DNA of 64,000 nucleotides from an uncultured Acidobacteriota bacterium (GTDB lineage Bacteria; Acidobacteriota; Thermoanaerobaculia; UBA5066; Gp7-AA6): NCBI GenBank assembly GCA_963733955.1, contig CAVTEW010000003.1, positions 1,308,322 to 1,372,321 of the forward strand, read 5' to 3'. Shown piece by piece: positions 56,154 to 64,000 of this stretch (position 1 is its first letter; each line of letters starts with the position of its first letter). The notes under the pieces were generated by a model. It saw only the letters and a program-made list of their open reading frames with translations, ran no database searches and was not told where the DNA came from. The position numbers and the translations under genes were made by a program.

Positions 56154-57158
56154 TCAGCTGACCCGATCGATCACCGACTCGGTGGCCAGCAGCAAGCCCT
56201 CTTTGGCCGGGGAATCCGGGAACGCCGTCAGCGCCACGCGCGCGGCGCCCGCGTAGTCCCGGGCCATCGCCTGGGTGGCCCGTACGGCCTGGGCGCGTTC
56301 CACCAGGCGGAGGATCTCTCCGGGCTCGACCGTCTTGAAGTCACGCTCCTGGAGCACGGTGGCGACGCTCCGGCGCTCCGACGCGGTGGCCTGGGGCAGC
56401 GCGAGCAGCAGGGGGATCGTCAGCTTGCCTTCCCGCAGGTCGCTCAAGACCGGTTTCCCCACCGCTTCCTCGCTCGAGGTGTAGTCGAGCAGGTCGTCGA
56501 TCAGCTGAAACGCCACTCCCAGGCAGCGGCCGTACTGCGCCAGCCGCTCGGCGGCCAGGAGGTCACCCCGCGGAGCGAAGTGGGCCGGCAGGCGGCAGGC
56601 CGCCGAGAACAGATCCGCGGTCTTGCGGCGGATGATCTCCAGCGCTTCCTCCCGGTTGACCTGGATGTCCCCGGTCTTCTCGATCGCGATGATCTCGCCC
56701 TCGATCATGGAGAGCGTGGTGTCGGAGAGGACCTTCAGGATGGTCAGGTCTCCCTCGTCCAGGGCGATTCCCATCGACTTTGTGTAGAGGTAGTCGCCGA
56801 AGAGAACGGTCAGGTTGTTTCCCCAGCGGGCGTTGGCCGAGGTCCGCCCGCGGCGCAGCCGGGCCTCGTCGATGATGTCGTCGTGGACGAGCGTGGCGGT
56901 GTGGATGAACTCGACCACGGCCGCGTAGCGCACGTCCTTGTCCCCGTCTTCGTAGTCGAGCAGGCGCGCCGAGAGCAGGAGCAGCGCCGGGCGGATGCGC
57001 TTGCCTCCCCCCGAGCCCAGATAGGCGCCGATCCGGTCGATCGTACGGATGGGGGAACGGAAGTGAACGAGCAGCTCCTCTTCCACCCGGCCGAGCTTGT
57101 CGGCGATCAGCTCGTAGGCTCGGGCGAAGCGCGGATTGGCCCGGGGAAGAATGGCCAT
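56154..57158 (-). CDS. polyprenyl diphosphate synthase (IspB/IspA family)
   Basis: First DDxxD (LVHDDIIDEARLRRG) and second DDxxD (FQLIDDLLDYT) aspartate-rich motifs. Confidence 0.85.
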   Translation of the reverse strand: MAILPRANPRFARAYELIADKLGRVEEELLVHFRSPIRTIDRIGAYLGSGGGKRIRPALLLLSARLLDYEDGDKDVRYAAVVEFIHTATLVHDDIIDEARLRRGRTSANARWGNNLTVLFGDYLYTKSMGIALDEGDLTILKVLSDTTLSMIEGEIIAIEKTGDIQVNREEALEIIRRKTADLFSAACRLPAHFAPRGDLLAAERLAQYGRCLGVAFQLIDDLLDYTSSEEAVGKPVLSDLREGKLTIPLLLALPQATASERRSVATVLQERDFKTVEPGEILRLVERAQAVRATQAMARDYAGAARVALTAFPDSPAKEGLLLATESVIDRVS

Positions 57159-57448
57159 GCTCTCTCCCGTCTCCCTGTCGGCGCCTAGCAGGCTGCTGAA
57201 AAATGGATGCGGGCGTCGTGTCCGGCACTTTGCATGCGTTGCCAGTTTATGAATCCGCGCATCGCTCGATCTCGTGCTCCGAGCGGGGGGATGGCAAAGT
57301 GCCGGCCACCCTTCGGGTTACGGCGGCGCAGGGCCATCTGCGGCGTCATCGCTCCTCGACGATGCTTCGGCATCGCCCTCGTCGCGCTTCCTTGCATCTG
57401 TCCCCGCGGCGCTCGTAACGCCATCCCACACCCTTCTTCAGCAGCCTG

Positions 57449-57946
57449 CTAGCGGTAGTTCGTAAACTGGAGCGGGAGGCCGAACTCCTCGCCCTTGAGC
57501 ATCGCGATCACGGCCTGGAGATCGTCCTTGTTGCGGCCGGCGATGCGGACCTGGTCGGCCTGGATCGACGCCTGGACCTTGAGCTTGCGGTCCTTGATCG
57601 CTTTCACGATCTCCTTGGCCTTCTCCGACGGGATCCCCTGCTGGACCTTGGTGGCCTGGCGCACCGTGCCGCCGGCGGCGTCCTCGATCTTTCCGTAGTC
57701 GAGGGACTTGATGGCCACGCCCCGCTTGACCAGCCGCCCCTCCAGGATGTCGACCACCGACTTCAACTTGTGCGCGTCGTCGGAGGTCAGGGTCAGTGTC
57801 AGCTCCTTCTCGTTCCAGTCGATCCTGGAGGCGCTGCCCCGGAAATCGAACCGCGTGGCGATCTCCTTGGTCGCCTGCTGGACCGCGTTGGCGACCTCCT
57901 GGAGGTCCACGCGGGACACCACGTCGAAGGAAAACTCCTGAGCCAC
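57449..57946 (-). CDS. yajQ: YajQ-family (UPF0234) nucleotide-binding protein
   Basis: MAQEFSFDVVSRVDLQEV...RFDFRGS... full-length YajQ pattern. Confidence 0.85.
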   Translation of the reverse strand: MAQEFSFDVVSRVDLQEVANAVQQATKEIATRFDFRGSASRIDWNEKELTLTLTSDDAHKLKSVVDILEGRLVKRGVAIKSLDYGKIEDAAGGTVRQATKVQQGIPSEKAKEIVKAIKDRKLKVQASIQADQVRIAGRNKDDLQAVIAMLKGEEFGLPLQFTNYR

Positions 57947-58032
57947 GGGGGCATTCTATGCGCGGCGGCGGCCGGGAAGTCCAGAATCCGGGGCGGGGCC
58001 GCGGGCGCGGACGGCGAAGCCTGGAAACCCGA

Positions 58033-58659
58033 TCAGTTCTCGATGACCCGGGTTCCCTTCGGCCCGACGACCTTGTAGTCCCCCGCGGAACGGGCCTTCT
58101 CGCGGCGCCAACCGGCGAACTGAAACTCGGTGCGGTTGCCGGCCGCGTCCTCGTAGGAGAGGCGGGGAACGGCGCCGTCGGCGGACACGGTCACGGAGAG
58201 CCGGGCCAGCTCCGGGCTCGGCGCCCGCGGCGTCAGGAGCAGGAGCGTCCCGCCGGAGGGATCGGGCTCGACGGCGACCTCGTACGCCGCGGAGAGCCCG
58301 ACCGGATCGGTCAGGAAAAGCACCGGAAGCCGGGCGCGATCCTCGGCGGTCAGCTTCTCCACCGTGAGCTGCTTGTCCTCCGGCGCGTAGAGGCGGGCTT
58401 CGCCCGAGTCGTAGGTGAAGGTCTTCTTCTCCGGGCTCGTGTAGTCGAAGCGGAGGCGGTCCCGGCCTTGAATCCAGATCTCGCCGGTCTCCCTCTGGGG
58501 CGTCTGAAATCCCGCGGGCGTGTACAGATGGGTGAAGGTCGCCGCGTGGGCCGCGCCGTCGGCGTAGCGCGCGTTGAGGCGCGCGACGGCGGATTGGGCC
58601 TGCGGAGATAGAGGGGGCGTGAGGAAAAGGAGGGGAACCAGGAAGAATCGAAAGATCAC
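58033..58659 (-). CDS. LolA-like outer-membrane lipoprotein carrier protein
   Basis: Signal peptide and ~200-aa beta-rich protein with LolA-like size and pattern. Weaker assignment. Confidence 0.5.
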   Translation of the reverse strand: MIFRFFLVPLLFLTPPLSPQAQSAVARLNARYADGAAHAATFTHLYTPAGFQTPQRETGEIWIQGRDRLRFDYTSPEKKTFTYDSGEARLYAPEDKQLTVEKLTAEDRARLPVLFLTDPVGLSAAYEVAVEPDPSGGTLLLLTPRAPSPELARLSVTVSADGAVPRLSYEDAAGNRTEFQFAGWRREKARSAGDYKVVGPKGTRVIEN

Positions 58660-58668
58660 GGGATCCGC

Positions 58669-60243
58669 TTAGTGCCGGAAGTGCCTTCGCGGGGCCTGCA
58701 GAAAAGCGATTTGCCGTTCGTCGGCCGCGGCCACGATCTCCTGGTCGCGGATCGATCCGCCCGGCGCCACCACCGCGGTCACGCCGGCGTCGGCGAGCAC
58801 GTCCAGACCGTCGCGGAACGGGAAGAAGGCGTCCGAGGCGGCGGCGCAGTTGACGATCGGCAGGACCGGCTTGGCCGCGGCGAGGCGGCAGGCGTCGACG
58901 CGGCTCATCTGGCCCGCGCCGATCCCGACGGTCTGCCGGGCGTTGGCGAGCACGATGGCGTTGGACTTGACGCGCCGCACGACCTTCCAGGCCAGCTCGC
59001 AAGCGGCGCGCTCGACCGCCGTGGCTTTCCTCTGGGAGAGCTGCTTCCAGGCCGTCATCTGGTCGGGTTCGGAGTCGGCGTCCTGGACCAGCAGGCCGCC
59101 CTCGATGCGCTTGAAATCGGGGCCCCGCACGGGGCGGCGTGAGACCGGCAGCTTCAGGAGGCGGATGTTCGGCTTCTTGGCGAAGAAGTCGATGGCTTCC
59201 TGGGTGAAGTCGTCGGCGGCGACGACCTCGACGAAATGCTGGAGGACCAGCGAAGCGAGCGCGCCGTCCACGCGGCCGCGGATGGCGATGATGCCGCCGA
59301 AGGCGGCCAGGGGGTCGCAGGCGAACGCGCGGCCGAAGGCCTCCACGATGGTCTCGCCGATGGCGGCGCCGCACGGGTTGTTGTGCTTGACGATGACCGC
59401 GGCCGGACCGTCGAAATCCCGCGCCAGCGCCACGGCGGAGTCGAGGTCGAGGAGATTGTTGAACGAGAGCTCCTTGCCCTGGAGCATCTGGAAGTTGACC
59501 ACGGCCTCCGCCGGCGCCTGCGCCTCCCGGTAGAGCGCGGCCCGCTGGTGGGGGTTTTCCCCGTAGCGCAGGGCGCCCTTTCTCTCGTAGGCCAGGATCA
59601 GGTACTCGGGGAACTCCTCGTCCGAGCGGGGCGAGTCCGCCAGGTACCGCGCGATGGCCGCGTCGTAGGCGGCCGTGCGGGCGAAGGCGCGCGCCGCCAG
59701 CCGGGCCCGGGTCGTCGAGGTCGTGCCGCCCTCGGAGCGAATCTCCTCGAGCAGCGGCGTGTAGTCGTCCGGGTCGACGGCGACGGCCACCCGGGCGTGG
59801 TTCTTGGCCGCGGCCCGGATGAGCGCGGTGCCTCCCACGTCGATCATCTCGATCGCTTCGGCCCGGCGGGCGCCCTGGGAGACCGTCTGCTCGAAGGGAT
59901 ACAGGTTGATGACGACCAGATCGAAGGCTTCGATCGAGGATTCGGCCAGATCCCGCGCGTGGTCGGGCCGGGTCTCGTCGGCCAGGACGCCTCCGAACAC
60001 CTTCGGGTGCAGGGTCTTCACGCGGCCGCCCAGGATCTCGGGGAACCCGGTCAGCTCCTCGACCAGGCCCACCTCGACGCCCGACTCCTTCAAGTGCGCG
60101 GCCGTCCCGCCTGTGGAGGTGATGCGGGCGCCGCGCGCGGCGAGCTCCCGGGCGAACTCCGCCACCCCGGACTTGTCGTGGACGGAAATGAGGACGCGGC
60201 GGACCGGGACGACGGGAGTGGGAAAGGGGATCGGCTCGGGCAT
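58669..60243 (-). CDS. purH: bifunctional AICAR transformylase / IMP cyclohydrolase
   Basis: RVLISVHDKSGV...GGTAAHL MGS-like N-terminus and AICARFT C-terminal domain. Confidence 0.95.
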   Translation of the reverse strand: MPEPIPFPTPVVPVRRVLISVHDKSGVAEFARELAARGARITSTGGTAAHLKESGVEVGLVEELTGFPEILGGRVKTLHPKVFGGVLADETRPDHARDLAESSIEAFDLVVINLYPFEQTVSQGARRAEAIEMIDVGGTALIRAAAKNHARVAVAVDPDDYTPLLEEIRSEGGTTSTTRARLAARAFARTAAYDAAIARYLADSPRSDEEFPEYLILAYERKGALRYGENPHQRAALYREAQAPAEAVVNFQMLQGKELSFNNLLDLDSAVALARDFDGPAAVIVKHNNPCGAAIGETIVEAFGRAFACDPLAAFGGIIAIRGRVDGALASLVLQHFVEVVAADDFTQEAIDFFAKKPNIRLLKLPVSRRPVRGPDFKRIEGGLLVQDADSEPDQMTAWKQLSQRKATAVERAACELAWKVVRRVKSNAIVLANARQTVGIGAGQMSRVDACRLAAAKPVLPIVNCAAASDAFFPFRDGLDVLADAGVTAVVAPGGSIRDQEIVAAADERQIAFLQAPRRHFRH

Positions 60244-60265
60244 CGGTGGGAAATATAGCCTAACT

Positions 60266-60312
60266 GGCGTGAGGCGTGAGGCGTGAGGCGTGAGGCGTGA
60301 GGCGTGAGGCGT
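60266..60312. repeat. tandem (GGCGTGA)x5 heptamer array in the purH upstream region
   Basis: GGCGTGAGGCGTGAGGCGTGAGGCGTGAGGCGTGAGGCGTAG. Confidence 0.85.
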
Positions 60313-60546
60313 AGTCCCCCAAGGGAGAGGGTCGGGGTGAGGGTTACCCTGGTTCGCGGCGCGCGTAGTCTCCTGAGCGGAAGCGAAGGAGGAGGCGCGC
60401 GCCGCGGGAGCCGCAGCTGAGCGAGGGATCAGGCGTTTGGTCGAGCCCCTTTGGGCGAGCCAAACGCCGGTGTGCGTTCGCGCGCGCAGATCCCTGAGCG
60501 CAGCGGAGGCGACGTGAGGCGGGAGGCGTGAGGCGGAAGACGAGAC

Positions 60547-60804
60547 TCAGCTGTCGTGTGCGACCAGGAACGTGTAGACGCCGTCGGCTTCATGGGAATC
60601 GAGGAGCCGGCAGGAGCGCTCCCGACAGAACGTGCTGACGTCTTCCACGGCAGCGGGATCGGTCGCGAGAAGTCGGATCCGCGCGCCGGCCTCGCGGGAC
60701 CGCAGCGCCCTGGCCAGACGCAGGACGGGAAGCGGACAGAGCAAGCCTCTCGCGTCCACCTCGAAGTCGGACTCCCGCGGGTGCTGGCCTGGCCCCTCCT
60801 CCAT
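60547..60804 (-). CDS. TusA-family sulfurtransferase
   Basis: LDARGLLCPLPVL CPxP motif. 85 aa. Confidence 0.7.
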   Translation of the reverse strand: MEEGPGQHPRESDFEVDARGLLCPLPVLRLARALRSREAGARIRLLATDPAAVEDVSTFCRERSCRLLDSHEADGVYTFLVAHDS

Positions 60805-60820
60805 CCCGCTCCCGCTCCGG

Positions 60821-63631
60821 TCAGAACAACTTCAACAGGATCGTATTGATCACGAACCCGCGCACGCCGTGGCTGACCACCGGGACTCCGATCTCCGCCC
60901 GCAGCAGGGAGTTCTTCCACGGCCCGTTCAGGGAAGCCAGCAGCCCCGCGCCGGAAAAGTACGTCCGGTTGAAGCCGGAGACGCGGTCCTTGAGCAGGCC
61001 CTGGTCGTAGAACGCCTCGAACCGGATGATGTCCTCGATGTTGAGGCCATAGGAGAGGTTGGCGACGAGGGCGTTTTCGGTTCGCAGGCTCCCGCTCTGG
61101 AACCCGCGGATCGGGTTTCCGGAGAACGTGCCGAACTCGTACTTGGAGAACCGGTCGAGGTCCGTCCCGCCCAGATACGTCAGGTTGACGTGGAGCTTGC
61201 GGAACCCCGGAAAATACTGGTCCTTGGAGACGGACAGCGAGTACTTCCAGTAATCTTTCTGGCCCGGGTCGTACTCGAGCGTGGCCGGATTGCTCAGATC
61301 GCCCCACGGCTCCCACCGGCTGCGCCGGAAGTGGGAGCCGGTCGCCGTGGCGTTGAACCCCGAATAGTTGGCCACCAGGCGCAGCTCGGCGCCGTTGGTG
61401 AAGGTATCGACCGGAACGACGAACGCCGGTCCCGTGTCGGGATCACGCTGGTAGTTGTCCCACTTGGTGAAGATCCCCAGCGAAGCCTTCAGGTACGGTC
61501 CGATCGGGTGCCCGACGTTGATCTGGAGCACGGCGGGGATGTGCTTGACCTTCTCGGCCTTCACTTCCTTTCCGTTGCGGTAGGACGTGTCGCCGAAGGC
61601 GAAGGCGACGCCGAAGAGGTCGGCGCCCAGATCGAAACGGCTCCCGCCGAGCGAGGGGTCGGTGTAGTTGGTCGTCAGGAGCGCGCCGCCGAAGAACACC
61701 GAGAGCTGCTTGCCCTTGCCCCACAGGTCGAAATTGAAGTGCTGCACCCCCAGGAGCGGCACGGGGTAATCGAGGGACTTGTCGTAGAAGCCGCCCAGGA
61801 GGCCGAACGTGCTCTTCTTGGAGACCTTCTCTTCGACCACGCGCTGGCCCGGCTTCTGCGCGTCCGGAACGAGGTAGCGCATTCCCTTGTCGGTGTCGCG
61901 GATCATCTGCGACGGCGACGCGTACGCGGCGGCCACCCGCTTGTCGAAATCGGGGGGATTGAGATCGACCGCCTGGATCACCACGTCCCGTTCGATCGCG
62001 GTGGTGCGGCCGGCGGTCGAGAAGACCTGCTGTCCCTTGATCTCCAGCGGCAGGAAGACCTCGGGGTGCCCGGGGACCGGGCGATAGAACTCGGACTGCA
62101 CGTTGGACAGCGTCTCGCCCTTGAGGTTCAATTGAACCGAGTCGCGGCGCAGAAGGCCGAAGGTTTCCTTGTCGATCCAGACGCTCCCGCGGTAGATCGG
62201 TTTCTCCCCGACGGTGACCTTGGGGACGAACGTGACGTGGTAGGCCCTCCGGCCGGCCACGGTAGCCTCGCCGTGCAGGGCGTACGCGTAGTCCTCGGTC
62301 AGCTGGATGTCCAGCGGCAGCGCCGTCACCTTCTCGGGCTGCAGGATCGGGAGCTTGGGAAGCGTCTTGCTCTTCCACCGCACGCCGTTCAAGTAGAACT
62401 CGTCCCATTCCCAATCCCCGGGCTGTCCCCGCCGGTAGTAGAAGGGACCGTGGATGGTCAGGTCGAACGTCTCGTTGACCTCGGCGATGCGGAAGCGCAG
62501 GGACGCCTTCATGTCGGCGACGAAGGTGCTCGTCTTCTCGCGCTGGGCCGAGTCCCAGGCCCGCTCCCGCGCGACGATCTCCTCCGCGGTGAGGCCCCGG
62601 ACGGCGCCGACCTCGACGGTGGCCTTGGTCTCCCCGCCGGCCCGCTCGGCCGGCAGCAAAACGACGGCGAGCGGCCCCCGGGACAGATCGAGCTTCAGGG
62701 TCTTCGCTCCGGCGAGCGCGAAGTCGCGGCGGGCGCCGCTCACGAGGTTCTCGACCGAGGCCTTCACGAAGGGCCCGCCGGCCAGATCGAGCACCGCGTT
62801 CGCGCGCGCGTCGTCGGGCAGGAGAAGGGTCGGAGTGAAGCGTTTCGCGTCGAAGTAGCGGAGGGCGTCGAAGGAGGATCCATCCGGGAACGCGGCCCGG
62901 GTCGCGGTGGGGTCGCGCGACACGTCCGGGGTCCAGTACGCGGCCAGCCGCTCGAGGGACTGCCAGTCGGCGGGCGAGAGCGGACGCTCCGGACTCGCGG
63001 TCAGACCGATCAGCCCAACCGTTCGCGAGGGCGGGACGCCGCCCAGCGCGCGCAGCAGATCGCCGGCGGCGGATCCGGCCGCGCTCCGGGCGACGAAGAG
63101 CCAGTCCGAGGGGATCTCCTCGTCGGTCACCCGGCCGCGGCCTGGCCGCGCAACGAGCGCGTCGACGTAGGGGACGATCTCGGGATCGGAGATCGCGACG
63201 TCGCGGCCGGCGGGAACGTCCGCGGTCAAGTCGTAAGCCACGGCGGCGCCGGCAGACGCGCCCCGAACGGCGGACGAGAGCTTCTTGGCCGCATAGGCGA
63301 ACGCGGCCTTCCAGGGCCCGCTCCCCGGATCCGGCGCGCCGGGGATCTCGATCACCACGGCGGCCACCGAGGACCAGCGCCCCAGGCGCTGCGCGGCCGC
63401 GTCCACGGCGGCGGGCGAGAGATCCGGCAGGGCAAGGACCACGAGGCATCGCGCGGCGTCGGCCGGAAGCGAGGGATCCGCTCCCGCGGTCGTGATTCCC
63501 AGGATCTTTCCCGGGCATTGGCCGTCGGCGCGGGCGGCGGCGACGCGGATGGCGTCGGCGCGGGCGATCACCGCGCACAAAAAAAGAGCGCCCGCGAGAA
63601 GGCGGGCGCTCGTTTGGGTGGTCATCCTCAT
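60821..63631 (-). CDS. large outer-membrane beta-barrel protein with an internal LolA-like/DUF1329-like module (family unassigned)
   Basis: Signal peptide MRMTTQTSARLLAGALFLCAVIARADA. C-terminal ...INTILLKLF (terminal Phe OMP signature). Start taken at the internal Met 63631. Confidence 0.55.
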   Translation of the reverse strand: MRMTTQTSARLLAGALFLCAVIARADAIRVAAARADGQCPGKILGITTAGADPSLPADAARCLVVLALPDLSPAAVDAAAQRLGRWSSVAAVVIEIPGAPDPGSGPWKAAFAYAAKKLSSAVRGASAGAAVAYDLTADVPAGRDVAISDPEIVPYVDALVARPGRGRVTDEEIPSDWLFVARSAAGSAAGDLLRALGGVPPSRTVGLIGLTASPERPLSPADWQSLERLAAYWTPDVSRDPTATRAAFPDGSSFDALRYFDAKRFTPTLLLPDDARANAVLDLAGGPFVKASVENLVSGARRDFALAGAKTLKLDLSRGPLAVVLLPAERAGGETKATVEVGAVRGLTAEEIVARERAWDSAQREKTSTFVADMKASLRFRIAEVNETFDLTIHGPFYYRRGQPGDWEWDEFYLNGVRWKSKTLPKLPILQPEKVTALPLDIQLTEDYAYALHGEATVAGRRAYHVTFVPKVTVGEKPIYRGSVWIDKETFGLLRRDSVQLNLKGETLSNVQSEFYRPVPGHPEVFLPLEIKGQQVFSTAGRTTAIERDVVIQAVDLNPPDFDKRVAAAYASPSQMIRDTDKGMRYLVPDAQKPGQRVVEEKVSKKSTFGLLGGFYDKSLDYPVPLLGVQHFNFDLWGKGKQLSVFFGGALLTTNYTDPSLGGSRFDLGADLFGVAFAFGDTSYRNGKEVKAEKVKHIPAVLQINVGHPIGPYLKASLGIFTKWDNYQRDPDTGPAFVVPVDTFTNGAELRLVANYSGFNATATGSHFRRSRWEPWGDLSNPATLEYDPGQKDYWKYSLSVSKDQYFPGFRKLHVNLTYLGGTDLDRFSKYEFGTFSGNPIRGFQSGSLRTENALVANLSYGLNIEDIIRFEAFYDQGLLKDRVSGFNRTYFSGAGLLASLNGPWKNSLLRAEIGVPVVSHGVRGFVINTILLKLF

Positions 63632-63740
63632 CGGGAACGCCAGTATCGCAGGGTTCGTTCCCGATTGCGCGCGCGGTTCAAGGCCCACGTTCTAACGTTC
63701 CCGGGCGCGAAGCGGAAACGCCGGCGGCCGGCAGAGCCCT

Positions 63741-64000
63741 ATTTCCGGACCTTCTCCCGCTCCTTATCGCGGGCCGGGTCCGCCAGCGACGTCTTGTCCG
63801 CCAGCGGCGCCTTGTCCGCCGGGGGCGTCTTGTCCGCCGGCTCGGGCGGCAGCAGGCCCAGGTGTCGGCGCAGCTTCGTCTCGATCTCCATGGCGAGCTC
63901 GGGGTTTTCCTTCAGGAACTGCTTCGCGTTCTCGCGCCCCTGGCCGATGCGCAGGTCGCCGTAGGAAAGCCAGGACCCCGACTTTTCGACCAGCTTGGCT
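63741..64000 (-). CDS. recA: recombinase RecA (3' end only; gene continues beyond the window)
   Basis: Reverse-strand translation ...[44 protein letters not shown], followed by a low-complexity acidic/Lys tail. Confidence 0.85.

Noticed and set aside
60632-63964. 1110-aa plus-strand ORF and the 711-aa minus alternative frame 61443..63578
   Set aside because: Antisense or alternate frame of the outer-membrane protein gene. Low-complexity Arg/Gly-rich.

Overview
High-GC (~68%) bacterial chromosomal segment, probably from a Gram-negative organism. It carries LPS Kdo genes (kdsA, kdsB, kdsC, kdsD), tatA/tatC, a LolA-like gene and a large C-terminal-Phe outer-membrane protein. Phylum cannot be fixed from sequence alone; it is compatible with Acidobacteriota or Myxococcota-like genomes.

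Housekeeping genes, mostly on the minus strand: thiL, lon, an hsp20-family gene, nrdR, tatA/tatC, ctpA, kdsC, kdsD, kdsA, pyrG-kdsB, an ispB-like polyprenyl synthase, yajQ, purH, tusA and a partial recA. Many gene pairs are translationally coupled through ATGA/GTGA start-stop overlaps.

Regulatory content is dense. There are three ECF sigma/anti-sigma pairs (23.4-23.9 kb, 25.8-27.7 kb, 49.8-51.3 kb). One heads an operon with two HEAT-repeat proteins and a DUF4097 beta-helix protein. There are also two PAS/GAF hybrid histidine kinases and a stand-alone REC plus Hpt pair.

The most unusual region is a ~16.5 kb accessory island (27.7-44.1 kb). It holds a 2945-aa signal-peptide Rhs/YD-repeat polymorphic toxin with an atypical architecture: Ig-like and FG-GAP-like repeat blocks sit between the YD repeats and the RHS core, and the C-terminal toxin tip has a glycine-zipper. 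The island also has an upstream orphan Rhs-core toxin with its own signal peptide and an HNH-like tip, putative immunity genes, and three paralogous cassettes encoding a sigma-70 region-2-only protein plus a TPR-like partner. One cassette is a deletion remnant. A conserved CTCGCGACA box precedes both rhs toxin genes (28495 and 34411) and one region-2-only gene (30974).

Other oddities:
- a ~938-aa M16 peptidase broken by at least four frameshifts;
- an in-frame TGA inside a DedA-rhodanese fusion;
- a 60-bp identical repeat upstream of both thiL and purH;
- many intergenic tandem heptanucleotide arrays (GGCGTGA, GATTTGC, GAAGTTC, GACGTAG and others), one running into the 5' coding end of kdsC with an inverted copy upstream.

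No rRNA, tRNA or CRISPR array was recognised by eye. No transposase or integrase was seen.
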